Shown here in pieces: positions 22,920-33,700 of a stretch of 64,000 nucleotides of DNA. Location of the stretch: the NCBI GenBank assembly GCA_036630325.1, contig CP142732.1, positions 310,001 to 374,000 on the forward strand. The letters run 5' to 3'. A program made the translations under genes and the position numbers. The first letter of the stretch is position 1; each line of letters begins with the position of its first letter. The DNA comes from Vairimorpha necatrix. Its lineage: Eukaryota. The notes below the pieces were generated by a model. The model was not told the DNA's origin, did no database searches, and saw nothing but the letters and a program-made list of their open reading frames with translations.

Positions 22920-25900
22920 AGTATCTTTGTTAAAGTCCTGTTATTATAGGAAATTATTTTCCTATAACAAGAGTGATATTTTCAAATCTCTAAATAAAAA
23001 AACGCATAATCCAATTGGATTTACTCAGATTAAAAATACTTTCCAAACGACAACGAGATTGAATAGTCTCAAATATTTTTCTATTAGAAAGAATATGTGG
23101 TGGAAGAAAGTACAAGAACAATATTGTATTGTCAAGATACAAAGAATTCCTTATGGAGTGAAAGATCTCCTCAAAGACTTATGTAAGAAGAACTCTCTTT
23201 TGGAGAATTCCATCATTACAGCAAGAAAGTATAGACGAAGAGACACGTCTTTTACAAAAATAATAGTTGAAAAACTATACGCAAATTTATTGATTAAGAC
23301 AGTTAAAGCTAAAGGCTTTAAAGTTTTAAATGATAATAGAAAAGAACTAGAGAAATCTAGTAAAGTAAATAAAAAGACCAAAGAGAACATAAAACTCTTA
23401 AGTCTAAACATTAATCATCTCTCTAATAAGAGAGAAGAACTTGAGTTTCTTCTTAAGAAGGAGAAACCAGAAATTATGTGTTTACAAGAAACTTGGAGAC
23501 AATCTACAAGACCTTTAAAACTTGAAAAATACACTACAGTTGAAACACCTAGTGGTGGAAAAAATAAACCAGGATTAATAACTCTGGTTAGAAATAATGG
23601 AGCGATCAGATGTTCCAAAAAAGGAACCGACTCAAACATTCTGCAAACTGTAGTTGAGTTTAGTTCAGCAGGCAAATGGATTAAGTATTTAGTCTTAAAT
23701 GTCTACATACCACAAAACAAGGATCTCAAAAGGGAGACCTTGGCTAGATTATTTTCTCTTTTAGAAAAAGAGAATTTCAGAAATAACTATAGTGAGATCA
23801 TAGTGATGGGAGATATGAATATGCAGAGTTCTAGTCTCAAGAAAAAATTAAATGTAGTTGGTTTGCCAGTTACAATAAAATATAACAGCAACGATGGTAC
23901 AAGGATCCTCAAAGATGGTAAAAGATCTAAGAGGAAAATTGATACCATCTTTCGACTAAAAAGTAATGATAATGAGAAGATCATTATATCCAAGTCTTGG
24001 GTATTAAGTGATCACTTAGTGCTCAAAAGAAGTATTAAACTTGCCGTTGATAAGATCTCCGATCAACTAGTTTATGATAAGAAAATGCTGGAAAATCCAA
24101 AAGTGATTAAAAAGCTAAAAAAGAAGTTGTGTAATCAACAATTAAACATGAATAATCTCCCCGAGATTATTCAGAAAGTTTGTACATCTTTGAAGATTTA
24201 CAAAAAGAGAAGAGTCCATACTGGACTTACAATGAGATGGAGATATTTAAAAGTCTTCAAAGAAAAACGTCTAGCAGCAAGAGCTGTTATGAAAAATTAC
24301 AATGAAATCAACTCAATTAGATTCGAATATCTCAAAAAGAGAGTAGACGAAACTAAAAAGTTGATTCGCAAAGATAGATCGAAACTTTGGGCTTTAAGAG
24401 GAATAAAGCTCTTTAAAAGTAACAGATCCCGAGAATTCTGGCAATGGCTGAAAAATAGAAGTGTTTCCATTCGTTTGGATCAAGTGGCTCTAATTGACCA
24501 CAATAAGCTTCTTCAGACTTGCCGAGCAAAGAAGCTAGAAATAGCAAATAATTTTTACGCTGATTTGGCGTCAGAGAATGATATAGATGTCAATGTCTAT
24601 GATAAAGTAGATCTTGTTGATCTTCCCCCAGAGATAACAGATGAAGAATTTCTATCCGCACTGAAGAAATGTGGAAATAACAAAGCTGCCGGTCCTGATG
24701 AGATTCCAACCGAGCTATACAAATACTTACTGACTAGAGCAGTAGAAGATAAATTCTTTAAATTCATGCTACATGAATTTAATAAATATATTTGTGGAAA
24801 TAGTACTCCTGAATATTGGAGCATGGCAAACATGATTTGCCTTCACAAAAAAGGAGATGAGACAGATCTGAATAATTATAGGGGAATCTCCTTAATTAAC
24901 ACAATTAGTAAGATCTATCTCAAGATAATAAATGACAGGTTAACTCAATTTGTCGAAGAACAAGATATACTCTCTAGATACCAAGCAGGATTCCGAGCAG
25001 GTGAAGAGTGTATGAATCAGATTACATCTCTACTAGAAATAGTGAGAAGAAGAGAATTCAGAGGCTTGAACACAATAATGTGTTTCATTGACTTTGAAAA
25101 AGCTTATGATAATGTAAGTCATGACTTATTATTTGAAAAGCTTACAAAACTTAATATCCCATTGTATTTAATCAATACAATAAAGGATATTTATAAATAT
25201 ACCACCATGCGTGTGAAAATTGGTGGTGACACGTCAAGTGGTTATAGCTACAGAAAAGGAGTGAGACAAGGGTGCCCTTGTTCTCCAATGCTGTTCAATA
25301 TATTCATCAATGATATTTTTGACGGCATAGAAGGAGTTTTGATCCCAAGATCAAATACGAGAGTTCCGGGACTGATGTTCGCAGATGATATTGTTGTCTT
25401 CGGAAACAACATTGATGATCTTAATAATAAGATCAATAGAATTTCAAAGTGGGCAGTTAATAACAGAATGAAGATTAACTGCACAAAAAGCGGAGTATTA
25501 GAATGGAATGCTCATTCTAACATACAAGAATTCCGAAGTTTATATTCTCTCAGTACAGACTTTGGTGTGATTGAAGAAGTCACTGAATACAGATATCTAG
25601 GTGTCTTAATTAAAAGAAACACGCTAGAAGAACACTTGGTTAAAGACGCAGCAATGCGTGGCAAGAAAGCCTTGGACGCCTTGATGCCCAAGTTGATGAA
25701 TAGCAGCATCAATCTCTACTTCAAGGCGATCTTAATAAAATGTGTACTAGTACCCACACTAATGTATGGCAGTGAATTGTGGGGAATGTCAAGTACAAGA
25801 GCAGGTAAGATTAACAGGATCTTAAGAAAATCTATCAGAATGATATTCAAAAGAGTATTAGTTCCACTAGATAGAGTAATGGACGAGTTCAGTATCGAAC

Positions 25901-26604
25901 GAATTCATATACAAGCAGCTTTGAGTAGATTCAGAGCATACAACAAGTGGAAACACAATAAGACAATCATATCGGATATAATCTCAATTAATCCGAAAGA
26001 AAGAAAAACTACCTGGTGTTCAAGAACACAAAGATGGTTAAAACGATTTGTTGGCAACGAATACGAATCAAGTGATAGTAGATTTATCACTACAAAAATA
26101 ATTGATGTACTAAGAAGTCGAAGAACTCTAAATACTTCTTTAGCTGCATCAATAGCAAACCAATATGACATAAGAAATTCACAAATAAAATATGTCATGA
26201 ACAAAATAAACAATAGAAAAATTAGAACATATACTAGATTGAGATGTAATCTAGTAAAGTGGTCCTCAGCAATAGCATATTCAAAAAGAATACCAATGAG
26301 TTATAGAAACAAATGCTTTTTGTGTGATGGACCACAAGAAAATTTAGAACACTTTCTGTTGGAGTGCGTCTGTTTTACTGACATTAGAACATCTTTTGAA
26401 AATAAACTGCCTCTACTGACTTGTTCAAAAACAAATATCCGAGAAAAAACCAAACAACTCCTTGGTAATAAAATCGGACTAAAAAATAACCCAGATAAGA
26501 TAAAAGAACTTTGTTGGACTATAGAGTTCTTAGATAGAATGGTTGTCTCTAGAAGAATTATATTTGAAAAGAAACTTAAAGAGATAACAAAACAGGATAA
26601 TTAA
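22912..26604 (+). CDS. LINE ORF2: AP endonuclease, reverse transcriptase, C-terminal CCHC finger
   Basis: SLNIN, CLQET, NVYIP, MGDMN, SDH (APE); FIDFEKAYD, GVRQGC, FADD (RT); CFLC...HFLLEC. First ATG is 22912 (track start 22879 is GTG). Confidence 0.95.
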   Translation: MNKVSLLKSCYYRKLFSYNKSDIFKSLNKKTHNPIGFTQIKNTFQTTTRLNSLKYFSIRKNMWWKKVQEQYCIVKIQRIPYGVKDLLKDLCKKNSLLENSIITARKYRRRDTSFTKIIVEKLYANLLIKTVKAKGFKVLNDNRKELEKSSKVNKKTKENIKLLSLNINHLSNKREELEFLLKKEKPEIMCLQETWRQSTRPLKLEKYTTVETPSGGKNKPGLITLVRNNGAIRCSKKGTDSNILQTVVEFSSAGKWIKYLVLNVYIPQNKDLKRETLARLFSLLEKENFRNNYSEIIVMGDMNMQSSSLKKKLNVVGLPVTIKYNSNDGTRILKDGKRSKRKIDTIFRLKSNDNEKIIISKSWVLSDHLVLKRSIKLAVDKISDQLVYDKKMLENPKVIKKLKKKLCNQQLNMNNLPEIIQKVCTSLKIYKKRRVHTGLTMRWRYLKVFKEKRLAARAVMKNYNEINSIRFEYLKKRVDETKKLIRKDRSKLWALRGIKLFKSNRSREFWQWLKNRSVSIRLDQVALIDHNKLLQTCRAKKLEIANNFYADLASENDIDVNVYDKVDLVDLPPEITDEEFLSALKKCGNNKAAGPDEIPTELYKYLLTRAVEDKFFKFMLHEFNKYICGNSTPEYWSMANMICLHKKGDETDLNNYRGISLINTISKIYLKIINDRLTQFVEEQDILSRYQAGFRAGEECMNQITSLLEIVRRREFRGLNTIMCFIDFEKAYDNVSHDLLFEKLTKLNIPLYLINTIKDIYKYTTMRVKIGGDTSSGYSYRKGVRQGCPCSPMLFNIFINDIFDGIEGVLIPRSNTRVPGLMFADDIVVFGNNIDDLNNKINRISKWAVNNRMKINCTKSGVLEWNAHSNIQEFRSLYSLSTDFGVIEEVTEYRYLGVLIKRNTLEEHLVKDAAMRGKKALDALMPKLMNSSINLYFKAILIKCVLVPTLMYGSELWGMSSTRAGKINRILRKSIRMIFKRVLVPLDRVMDEFSIERIHIQAALSRFRAYNKWKHNKTIISDIISINPKERKTTWCSRTQRWLKRFVGNEYESSDSRFITTKIIDVLRSRRTLNTSLAASIANQYDIRNSQIKYVMNKINNRKIRTYTRLRCNLVKWSSAIAYSKRIPMSYRNKCFLCDGPQENLEHFLLECVCFTDIRTSFENKLPLLTCSKTNIREKTKQLLGNKIGLKNNPDKIKELCWTIEFLDRMVVSRRIIFEKKLKEITKQDN

Positions 26605-27008
26605 TATGAATAATTAAAAACAATAAAATCTAGAAATGGAAGAAAGAGATGTTATTTTACTAACAAGAAAACTTATATTTAATTATATTTGACCTGGGAG
26701 AGGTCGGGCATGATACTGATGCTGTATTGTTCCGCTGAACTGAGTCGTGTTCTTAAATGGTGTATTGAGCCAGGCGTTTTCGTTTTTCATCAGACTCATG
26801 AAAGTGGGTCTCTAGTCATATTATGACTAAGGATGTATCCTATGGGAACAAACTTTTCTCCTACAAGCGAGGCCGTTAAGGTATGCTGGCGTGTAAACGC
26901 ACTTATTGATGATTTTTTCTTTATTAGTGGAGTTTTTGGTGGCTTGGAGGCTTTTCTTCGTTTTGCTGATTCTGTCTTTTTTTTACAATAAACAATTTTA
27001 TTTTTTTT

Positions 27009-27279
27009 TAGGTGCAGATCTCTAAGTCTTACCAACCTTCGGCTGCTGGTTGGTAAGTAGGGTCATCTATACTCTAGGGGTGGGAGACCCATTGCTGGTG
27101 AGAAGAACACCGTTAACTTTCGAGTAATTCTTCATATTTTTAACCTGGGAGAGGTTGGGCATGATACTGAAGCTGTATTGTTCCGCTGAACTGAGTCGTG
27201 TTCTTAAATGGTGTATTGAACCAGGCGTTGTGTTTTCGTCAGGTCCGCGAAATATGTAGTCAGAGATGACTAAGGATCT
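27009..27279 (+). repeat. 271-bp direct repeat, right copy
   Basis: Matches 20064-20334. Continues as a diverged LINE 3'UTR copy to 27426 and resumes after the LTR insertion at about 30419-30448. Confidence 0.9.
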
Positions 27280-27426
27280 GTTACCTACGGGAACAAATTT
27301 TTCTCCTACAAGCGAGGCCGTTGAGGTATGCTGGCGTGTAATCGCAATTATTGATGTTTTTCTGGTTGGTGGAGTTTTTGGTGGCTTGGTGGCTTTTCTT
27401 CGTTTTGCTGATTCTGTCTTTTTTAC

Positions 27427-30418
27427 TGTGGTATAATATCTACCACATGGATCATAAGTAACCAATAGGACAACAACACGTCAACGATGTTTCTATCACA
27501 TCTTGAAACACGACGTCTATTGGTCTATCATGAAACAATATATTCTTATTGGTTACCAACAACTATAAATAAAGAAATTATGAACATTAATATGATGCAC
27601 AAGAAATCTAATACGCTCTCCTATCCTTCACAACAGGGCAACGACGCCTCAAATAAAACTATTTACACTAAACAAAACTCTACCTTGGGAATCAACGGTT
27701 CTAATAACCGTAGCATCTTAGAATGCTTTCTTGCCTCTGGCACAATTCCCGGCAATTACGCCAATTTGAGCTCAAATGGCATTAAAGGTAAAAACGCAGT
27801 TACAGCTGATAACAAACATCATTACGCGGAATTCAAAAGAATAGTTGAAGGAACAGACGTACCCATCATCGAACATATACTCAAAATATTTAATATAAAA
27901 ACCGACCTAACAACTGCAGGTCTCAAAGAGTTCGAAACTCTTTCCGAGTATAATAAGTGGAATGACACACAAGCCGGTCAAATCTACCATAGTCTAATCT
28001 ATGATTCCACATATAAATCAAAATTAACAAATAAAAGTTATAAAGCATTAAGAAAAGAACTTCTTAATATACTATACCCCAAAACACAACACCGAATAAT
28101 CTCTCAGAAACTTGATAATATTAAACAGTGCAATTACTTTACCATAAATGAATACATGGATGAAATTAGTAAAGAATTAGAAGGATACACTCATATTAAC
28201 GAACTTTCTCGAAAAGAATTAGAACGAAAACAAGAAGAAATATTCTTTAGAGGATTAGGCAAATACACAACAATTAAAATAGCCGACCAGAAACTTAAAT
28301 CGGCGTTATTTGAAGAAATTATACAATTCCTAGTAGACCTTGAAGAAACTATTTTAGCACAGTCAACAGAGACAAGTCAACGTGCTGTAAAAGACATAGG
28401 ATTTACCAAAACTACAAATAACTTTACAAGCAAGAAGTGGTGCAAGTATCATAACTCCAAATTCCATAACACCAAAGATTGTTTGCTTCATAAGAACACC
28501 CCATCTAACGATAATAAAAATCTTATTATATCGGAACAAAAAACTGATAGTCATGAAGGCATTAAAATCAATGGGAAAATTAATGACACTATGTTACAGT
28601 TATTCGTGGACACAGGGGCTACATGCAATTATATACATGAGAACATTGTCAATATATTAAAACTGCCAATATTTGAAACAAAACCACTTACTATGGTATT
28701 CGGCAATGGTACAAAAGAAACAACTAATAAGATAGTCGAATCAAGATTAGATATCAGTGGTAGAACATTTTTGATAAAGTTTTATGTATTACACAAAATT
28801 CCAGAAGATATAATTTTAGGTTATGAATTCCTCGCTGCAAACGACGCAGTGTTAAACATTAAAAAGAAAATTATTATTGTGGACAAAGGAACGATAATTC
28901 CATTCATTGGTGTCGAAAAATCATCAGAAGAGATGCTAGATGAAGTATTAGCAGAAAATACTTGTCTAACCATTAAAAACAAAAATTTTCATATTAAGGG
29001 GGCAGATAATATTGCTGCGGACTCCCTATCGCGATGCCTCATATCTCAAGCAACATCGCTAAAAGTAGAGTATGACAATGCTGTAAGAAGAGCTTGCGCG
29101 TCAAACAACGACGCATTACTAATAAATGACAAAGGTAAACTAGAAGTTAAACATGACAAGATCAAGTCGTTTCTTAAGACTATACACAAAATATCAGGAC
29201 ACCGAGGGGTTTCAACGCAGTATAACAATATAAAAAATTATATTTACGTTAAAGATGCTCTGAAGAACATAGCAAAAATAGTCCATAAATGTAACATTTG
29301 CAGAAACTATAAGATTATTAATAACAAGAAACAACAAGAAGTAAGAATGAACTCCGACAAGCTATACGAACGAATCTCAACGGATATATTTGGGCCTTTT
29401 CAATATTATACTCCCATTCCTAATTCCGAAAAGAGGACAGGATATATCTTAACAATAACAGATATATATTCAAGGGAAACACAGTTAGTTTTTCACAAGC
29501 AAATTAAGACACAAGAACTTATAGACGACGTAGAATATTGGATTTCTAGTAGAGCAAAACCAAAGCATTTGATCTCAGATAACGGACGGCAATACACCTC
29601 AACCGACTTCACTAATTACCTTACGGACAAGGATATAAACCATATTCTTATACCAACGTATACACCTAGATCCAATGGTATATCAGAGAGAATTAATCAA
29701 ACCATTGCTTTTATCATATCTATTAATAAATATAGGAATATTTACGACACCGTCAAAGAAGCAGAGAACACATTAAATATCAATTATAATCGAGGTATTG
29801 GAACTTCTCCCTATCTCTTAACGCACAAAAAGGATTTCTTCGATATCGAAAATAAGCTTCAAAACTTTAGAATAAATACAAAGAATTTATCGTACACTCC
29901 AAAGTTTAAAGTGGGAGATATAGTATATAAGCGAAATCTAAAGGCAGGAAAACTCGATCGTAAGTATGGACATAAACAAAGCATAGAAGAAGTTGGAAGT
30001 AAAGGGAATTGGGTTCGTCTAAAGAATGAAGAATCTTGGACGCACGTCCGAAACCTAAAGTGCTAGTCGAAGGTGGCAGTATGTGGTATAATATCTACCA
30101 CATGGATCATAAGTAACCAATAGGACAACAACACGTCAACGATGTTTCTATCACATCTTGAAACACGACGTCTATTGGTCTATCATGAAACAATATATTC
30201 TTATTGGTTACCAACAACTATAAATAAAGAAATTATGAACATTAATATGATGCACAAGAAATCTAATACGCTCTCCTATCCTTCACAACAGGGCAACGAC
30301 GCCTCAAATAAAACTATTTACACTAAACAAAACTCTACCTTGGGAATCAACGGTTCTAATAACCGTAGCATCTTAGAATGCTTTCTTGCCTCTGGCACAA
30401 TTCCCGGCAATTACGCCA
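27427..30418 (+). mobile_element. Non-autonomous Ty3/Gypsy element lacking RT/RNase H (element C)
   Basis: 337-bp LTRs 27427-27763 and 30082-30418, identical by eye, TSD TTTAC, purine tract GAAGGTGGCAG before the 3' LTR. Confidence 0.95.
27487..30066 (+). CDS. Gag-protease-integrase polyprotein with in-frame loss of RT and RNase H
   Basis: Gag similar to element A, FVDTGA protease, then directly HIKGADNIAADSLSR, HKISGH...CNIC and SDNG...SER integrase. No YxDD motif. Start codon uncertain (several ATGs in the LTR). Confidence 0.88.
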   Translation: MFLSHLETRRLLVYHETIYSYWLPTTINKEIMNINMMHKKSNTLSYPSQQGNDASNKTIYTKQNSTLGINGSNNRSILECFLASGTIPGNYANLSSNGIKGKNAVTADNKHHYAEFKRIVEGTDVPIIEHILKIFNIKTDLTTAGLKEFETLSEYNKWNDTQAGQIYHSLIYDSTYKSKLTNKSYKALRKELLNILYPKTQHRIISQKLDNIKQCNYFTINEYMDEISKELEGYTHINELSRKELERKQEEIFFRGLGKYTTIKIADQKLKSALFEEIIQFLVDLEETILAQSTETSQRAVKDIGFTKTTNNFTSKKWCKYHNSKFHNTKDCLLHKNTPSNDNKNLIISEQKTDSHEGIKINGKINDTMLQLFVDTGATCNYIHENIVNILKLPIFETKPLTMVFGNGTKETTNKIVESRLDISGRTFLIKFYVLHKIPEDIILGYEFLAANDAVLNIKKKIIIVDKGTIIPFIGVEKSSEEMLDEVLAENTCLTIKNKNFHIKGADNIAADSLSRCLISQATSLKVEYDNAVRRACASNNDALLINDKGKLEVKHDKIKSFLKTIHKISGHRGVSTQYNNIKNYIYVKDALKNIAKIVHKCNICRNYKIINNKKQQEVRMNSDKLYERISTDIFGPFQYYTPIPNSEKRTGYILTITDIYSRETQLVFHKQIKTQELIDDVEYWISSRAKPKHLISDNGRQYTSTDFTNYLTDKDINHILIPTYTPRSNGISERINQTIAFIISINKYRNIYDTVKEAENTLNINYNRGIGTSPYLLTHKKDFFDIENKLQNFRINTKNLSYTPKFKVGDIVYKRNLKAGKLDRKYGHKQSIEEVGSKGNWVRLKNEESWTHVRNLKC

Positions 30419-30599
30419 TTTACAATAAACAATTTTATTTTATTTTTAACTCAAATAATTCTGGTCCAGGGCATGGGTTATATCTACCTCTTACAAGCAA
30501 AGAAAAACATGAATTTTTAATGTCCGGTGGGGTTTCTTATCTTTGCTAATTCGGTTTTTTACACTTTAAATTTTTATTTTATTTTTAGGATTACAGACC

Positions 30600-30795
30600 A
30601 CGGGAATAACTTTCTACACTACAGGAGAGGCCGTGAAGGCATGCTGGCATATAAGGCAATTATTAATGATTTTTCTTTTTTATGATAAGTTTTTATCTAC
30701 TCGGAGCTTTTCTTTCTTAGCTGATTGTGTCTTTTTTGCATAAATATTATAATTTTATTTTTTACAATAAACATTTTTATTTTTATTTATTTTTT
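30600..30795 (+). repeat. Older degenerate copy of the LINE 3'UTR end
   Basis: GAGGCCGTGAAGGCATGCTGGC, GCTGATTGTGTCTTTTTT and TTTTACAATAAACATTTTTAT match motifs in 26844-27009. Confidence 0.7.
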
Positions 30796-33700
30796 GGTAA
30801 TTTAGTTTTAAAAGTAAAATTAAAAATTTTGTTGGTTGGTTTTTTTCGAGGACTTTGTTGTTTAACGAACGTTCCATGAATTTAAAAAGTATAAAAAGAA
30901 AAAAATTATCAAAAATTATGAAAGGGTCAGAGTCTAGATATCAATGTTCATGACACAGTAAAAGCATGGGGCTATTATATGATGCAATGTATACTACAAA
31001 TGAAATCTGAACCAGTTCATATTAAGATATGTCTTGTTTTTTCAATTTCTCATGTATATCAGATTATCTCTTTATGCGTCGTTGGTAGCCTAGAAAACTT
31101 TAGAACTATTCTTAAATATAAAAAATCAACTTATGCGGATTTATGAAAGTTGCTTTTTTCTGTATTAGATTTTCAAAATTTTATCCAGTTTATGTCTTTG
31201 AATAATCATCTTTTTCCCCCTTGATGTTTAAAATCAATTTTCAATTCATTTTTCAAATTAGAGTATTGAATTTCTTTTATTTAAAACAAACTCTTCAAAA
31301 ATTAAGAACTCATAAAAACTATTTTCCGTGATATTTTAGATCATCATATATTTACGTGATATTCTTGTGGAACGTTAGATGTAGTTATAGCCCAAAAATA
31401 ATGTTTTTTTTTTCCAAACAAATACTCAATATCGTACATAATGTCTTTCATTTACTTTCTTGTACATCCAAGAAATAGCAGCTAACTACGAATAAGCCTT
31501 TAGTAATGGCACCAGTAATTATTTTTTGTAACTGTTTATGTAGACCTTCAAATATTGCATTTCTTCAAACATTCAAGCCTTATTTCAAAATCATTTAAAT
31601 ATCGATATTATCCACATAATTCCTCCTGCCGAATGTTTTCAATATGACGAATTTTTCTTTTCAGTGCTTCATTTTTACGTCACATTACACTCATCTGTAA
31701 TTATTTTACAAGGGTACGTTAGTTAAGTATAATTCACCAACGTGCTTCATAGATAATAATAAAAATGCCGTAAGAGTCTATTTGGCCCATTTCTATATTA
31801 TCATATTTTATAAGTATTAGGAAACATAATTAAGCCTTTAAATTCATGTTATTAAAGAAATTTGTTTTACTAACCTTACACTGGATAAAAAATTATATAT
31901 GTATTTTTCAAGCTCTAATAAGAAATTAAAGAGCTCTATCACATAGGAATTACAAAATTAAGAGAATCGTAGCTCTATTTACAATATAGTTATCTATCAA
32001 TTTGTTTTACATTATTTCCTGAATGATAATAGAAAAAAATGGAATCTGGGGGTTCTTCTAATATATAAAAATCGAGGTTTTTTTTTGCTAGATTAAATTA
32101 GGATGGATTGCAAAAAAAAATGATACTTAAATATTCTTGTAAAAGAATTTCAAAAAACTATGATCGTGTACGCTTAAACAGAATTAATTATTGTTTTTGA
32201 TTTTTGACTCTAAAATTACAAAACAGTAAAAAATTACATGAAAACAAAAACAACAAAGTAAATTTTTGGAGCATAGAGTCGAAACACAAGTTAAATACCC
32301 AAAGGCATACTAAAATACCTTTATGTCTGTTTTAAAGGTGAATTACATAATGTAATTAATTTTTAAACATGACTTAATTATATATTAACTTATTTGCACA
32401 AGATGTTTTATTAGTGTGCTAGTTTTTTTAGGTTCAATTCAAAGTTTAATGAATTGTTCCCAAAGAAAAAGATTTTACATATAGTTAATATTGTAAATTA
32501 TGCCTGCTTTATTTATGTTTAGGTATAGTTGTATGATCGAATAAGAATATTCAATAATTTATTGATTTTTTGTTTTTGGTGAATACATAGATATTTAGAA
32601 TATTTCTGTAGGACTGATTTTGTTCATTATGTTAAAAATACGTAGGGCATATTATTTATGCACTAATATTTATGCGAACATGCAATCATAAAAGTTGAAA
32701 CAAACTAATGAAAAGATTATAAAAAATATAAGTGATATTTGCCGAAAATGAAGTTTAAATATTTTATAAAAAAATTGTGGAAGAATACCCATAAGAATTT
32801 AAAGTAATAGTTGTAAAAACATACAAAATCGTTTAAATAAAAACAATTTGTAGCCTTGTAAACAAGATGATTGCATATAATTACATTTGAAAAAAAGATA
32901 TGTCACAACCCTTTTCATATACTAACACTAAATTTGGCATTTAAGAGTAATGGAGGTTTTTTGCAAGGAAAAGGTTCTCTTTCTCACAATTGCATTGTAG
33001 TCTTTTGGCTGTTGCATTTTTATGAATATCGATCAAAAGTAATAGTTATGATTTTTTATTTAATAACGTTGACTGTTATTGTATTCTATATTAAGCCCAA
33101 CATTATTACTGCAATGAATAGCTTTCTTGTCTTTACACAGATTGTTAGATTTTGCTACCGATTTTATTGAATATCTATCTGTTTTATACAAATATATGAC
33201 GGGAGCTCATCAAAACAAGATTTTACATTCCTCCTGCCCAAATCGCGATAGTGTCTGGGTTGAATTCAAACGGAAGAATTAAAATTATCCGTTAATAAAA
33301 ATATTCTAAAGAGCATTTTGGCATATTGGCCATTATATGTTCGAGTAACGACATTAATACATACAGAGTAGAGGTGTCTTAATTCTTTAAATGTTGATCT
33401 TTCTGTTTTTATGTAAAAAATCTTAGAGAGTATATTCTTAGATAATTTTCATTAGATTTAAAAAAAAGAAACATATTCCATCATTATAAATTTGGGAGTT
33501 GAAACAGCGATAGGGGTTTTATCATGTTGCCACAGATTGCGTCTTATATTCAAATCTCTAATATAATGCGGGTTGTTTATACTATATAAGAACATTTATG
33601 TTAATTTTGAACTATCCAAATCTTAACAAATATCTCTAATTTCTCAAATTATCACTTGTCTAATACAAAAAAATTCATCTTCTCCATCTTTGATATTGTG

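Larger units (their letters stand above)
20415..27009 (+). mobile_element. Full-length APE-type non-LTR retrotransposon (RTE/RTEX-like LINE)
   Basis: 5' ribozyme, ORF1, overlapping ORF2 (APE-RT-CCHC), structured 3'UTR ending AATAAA plus a T-rich tail. Clade judged only from YRGISL and PTLMYGSELWG motifs. Confidence 0.9.
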
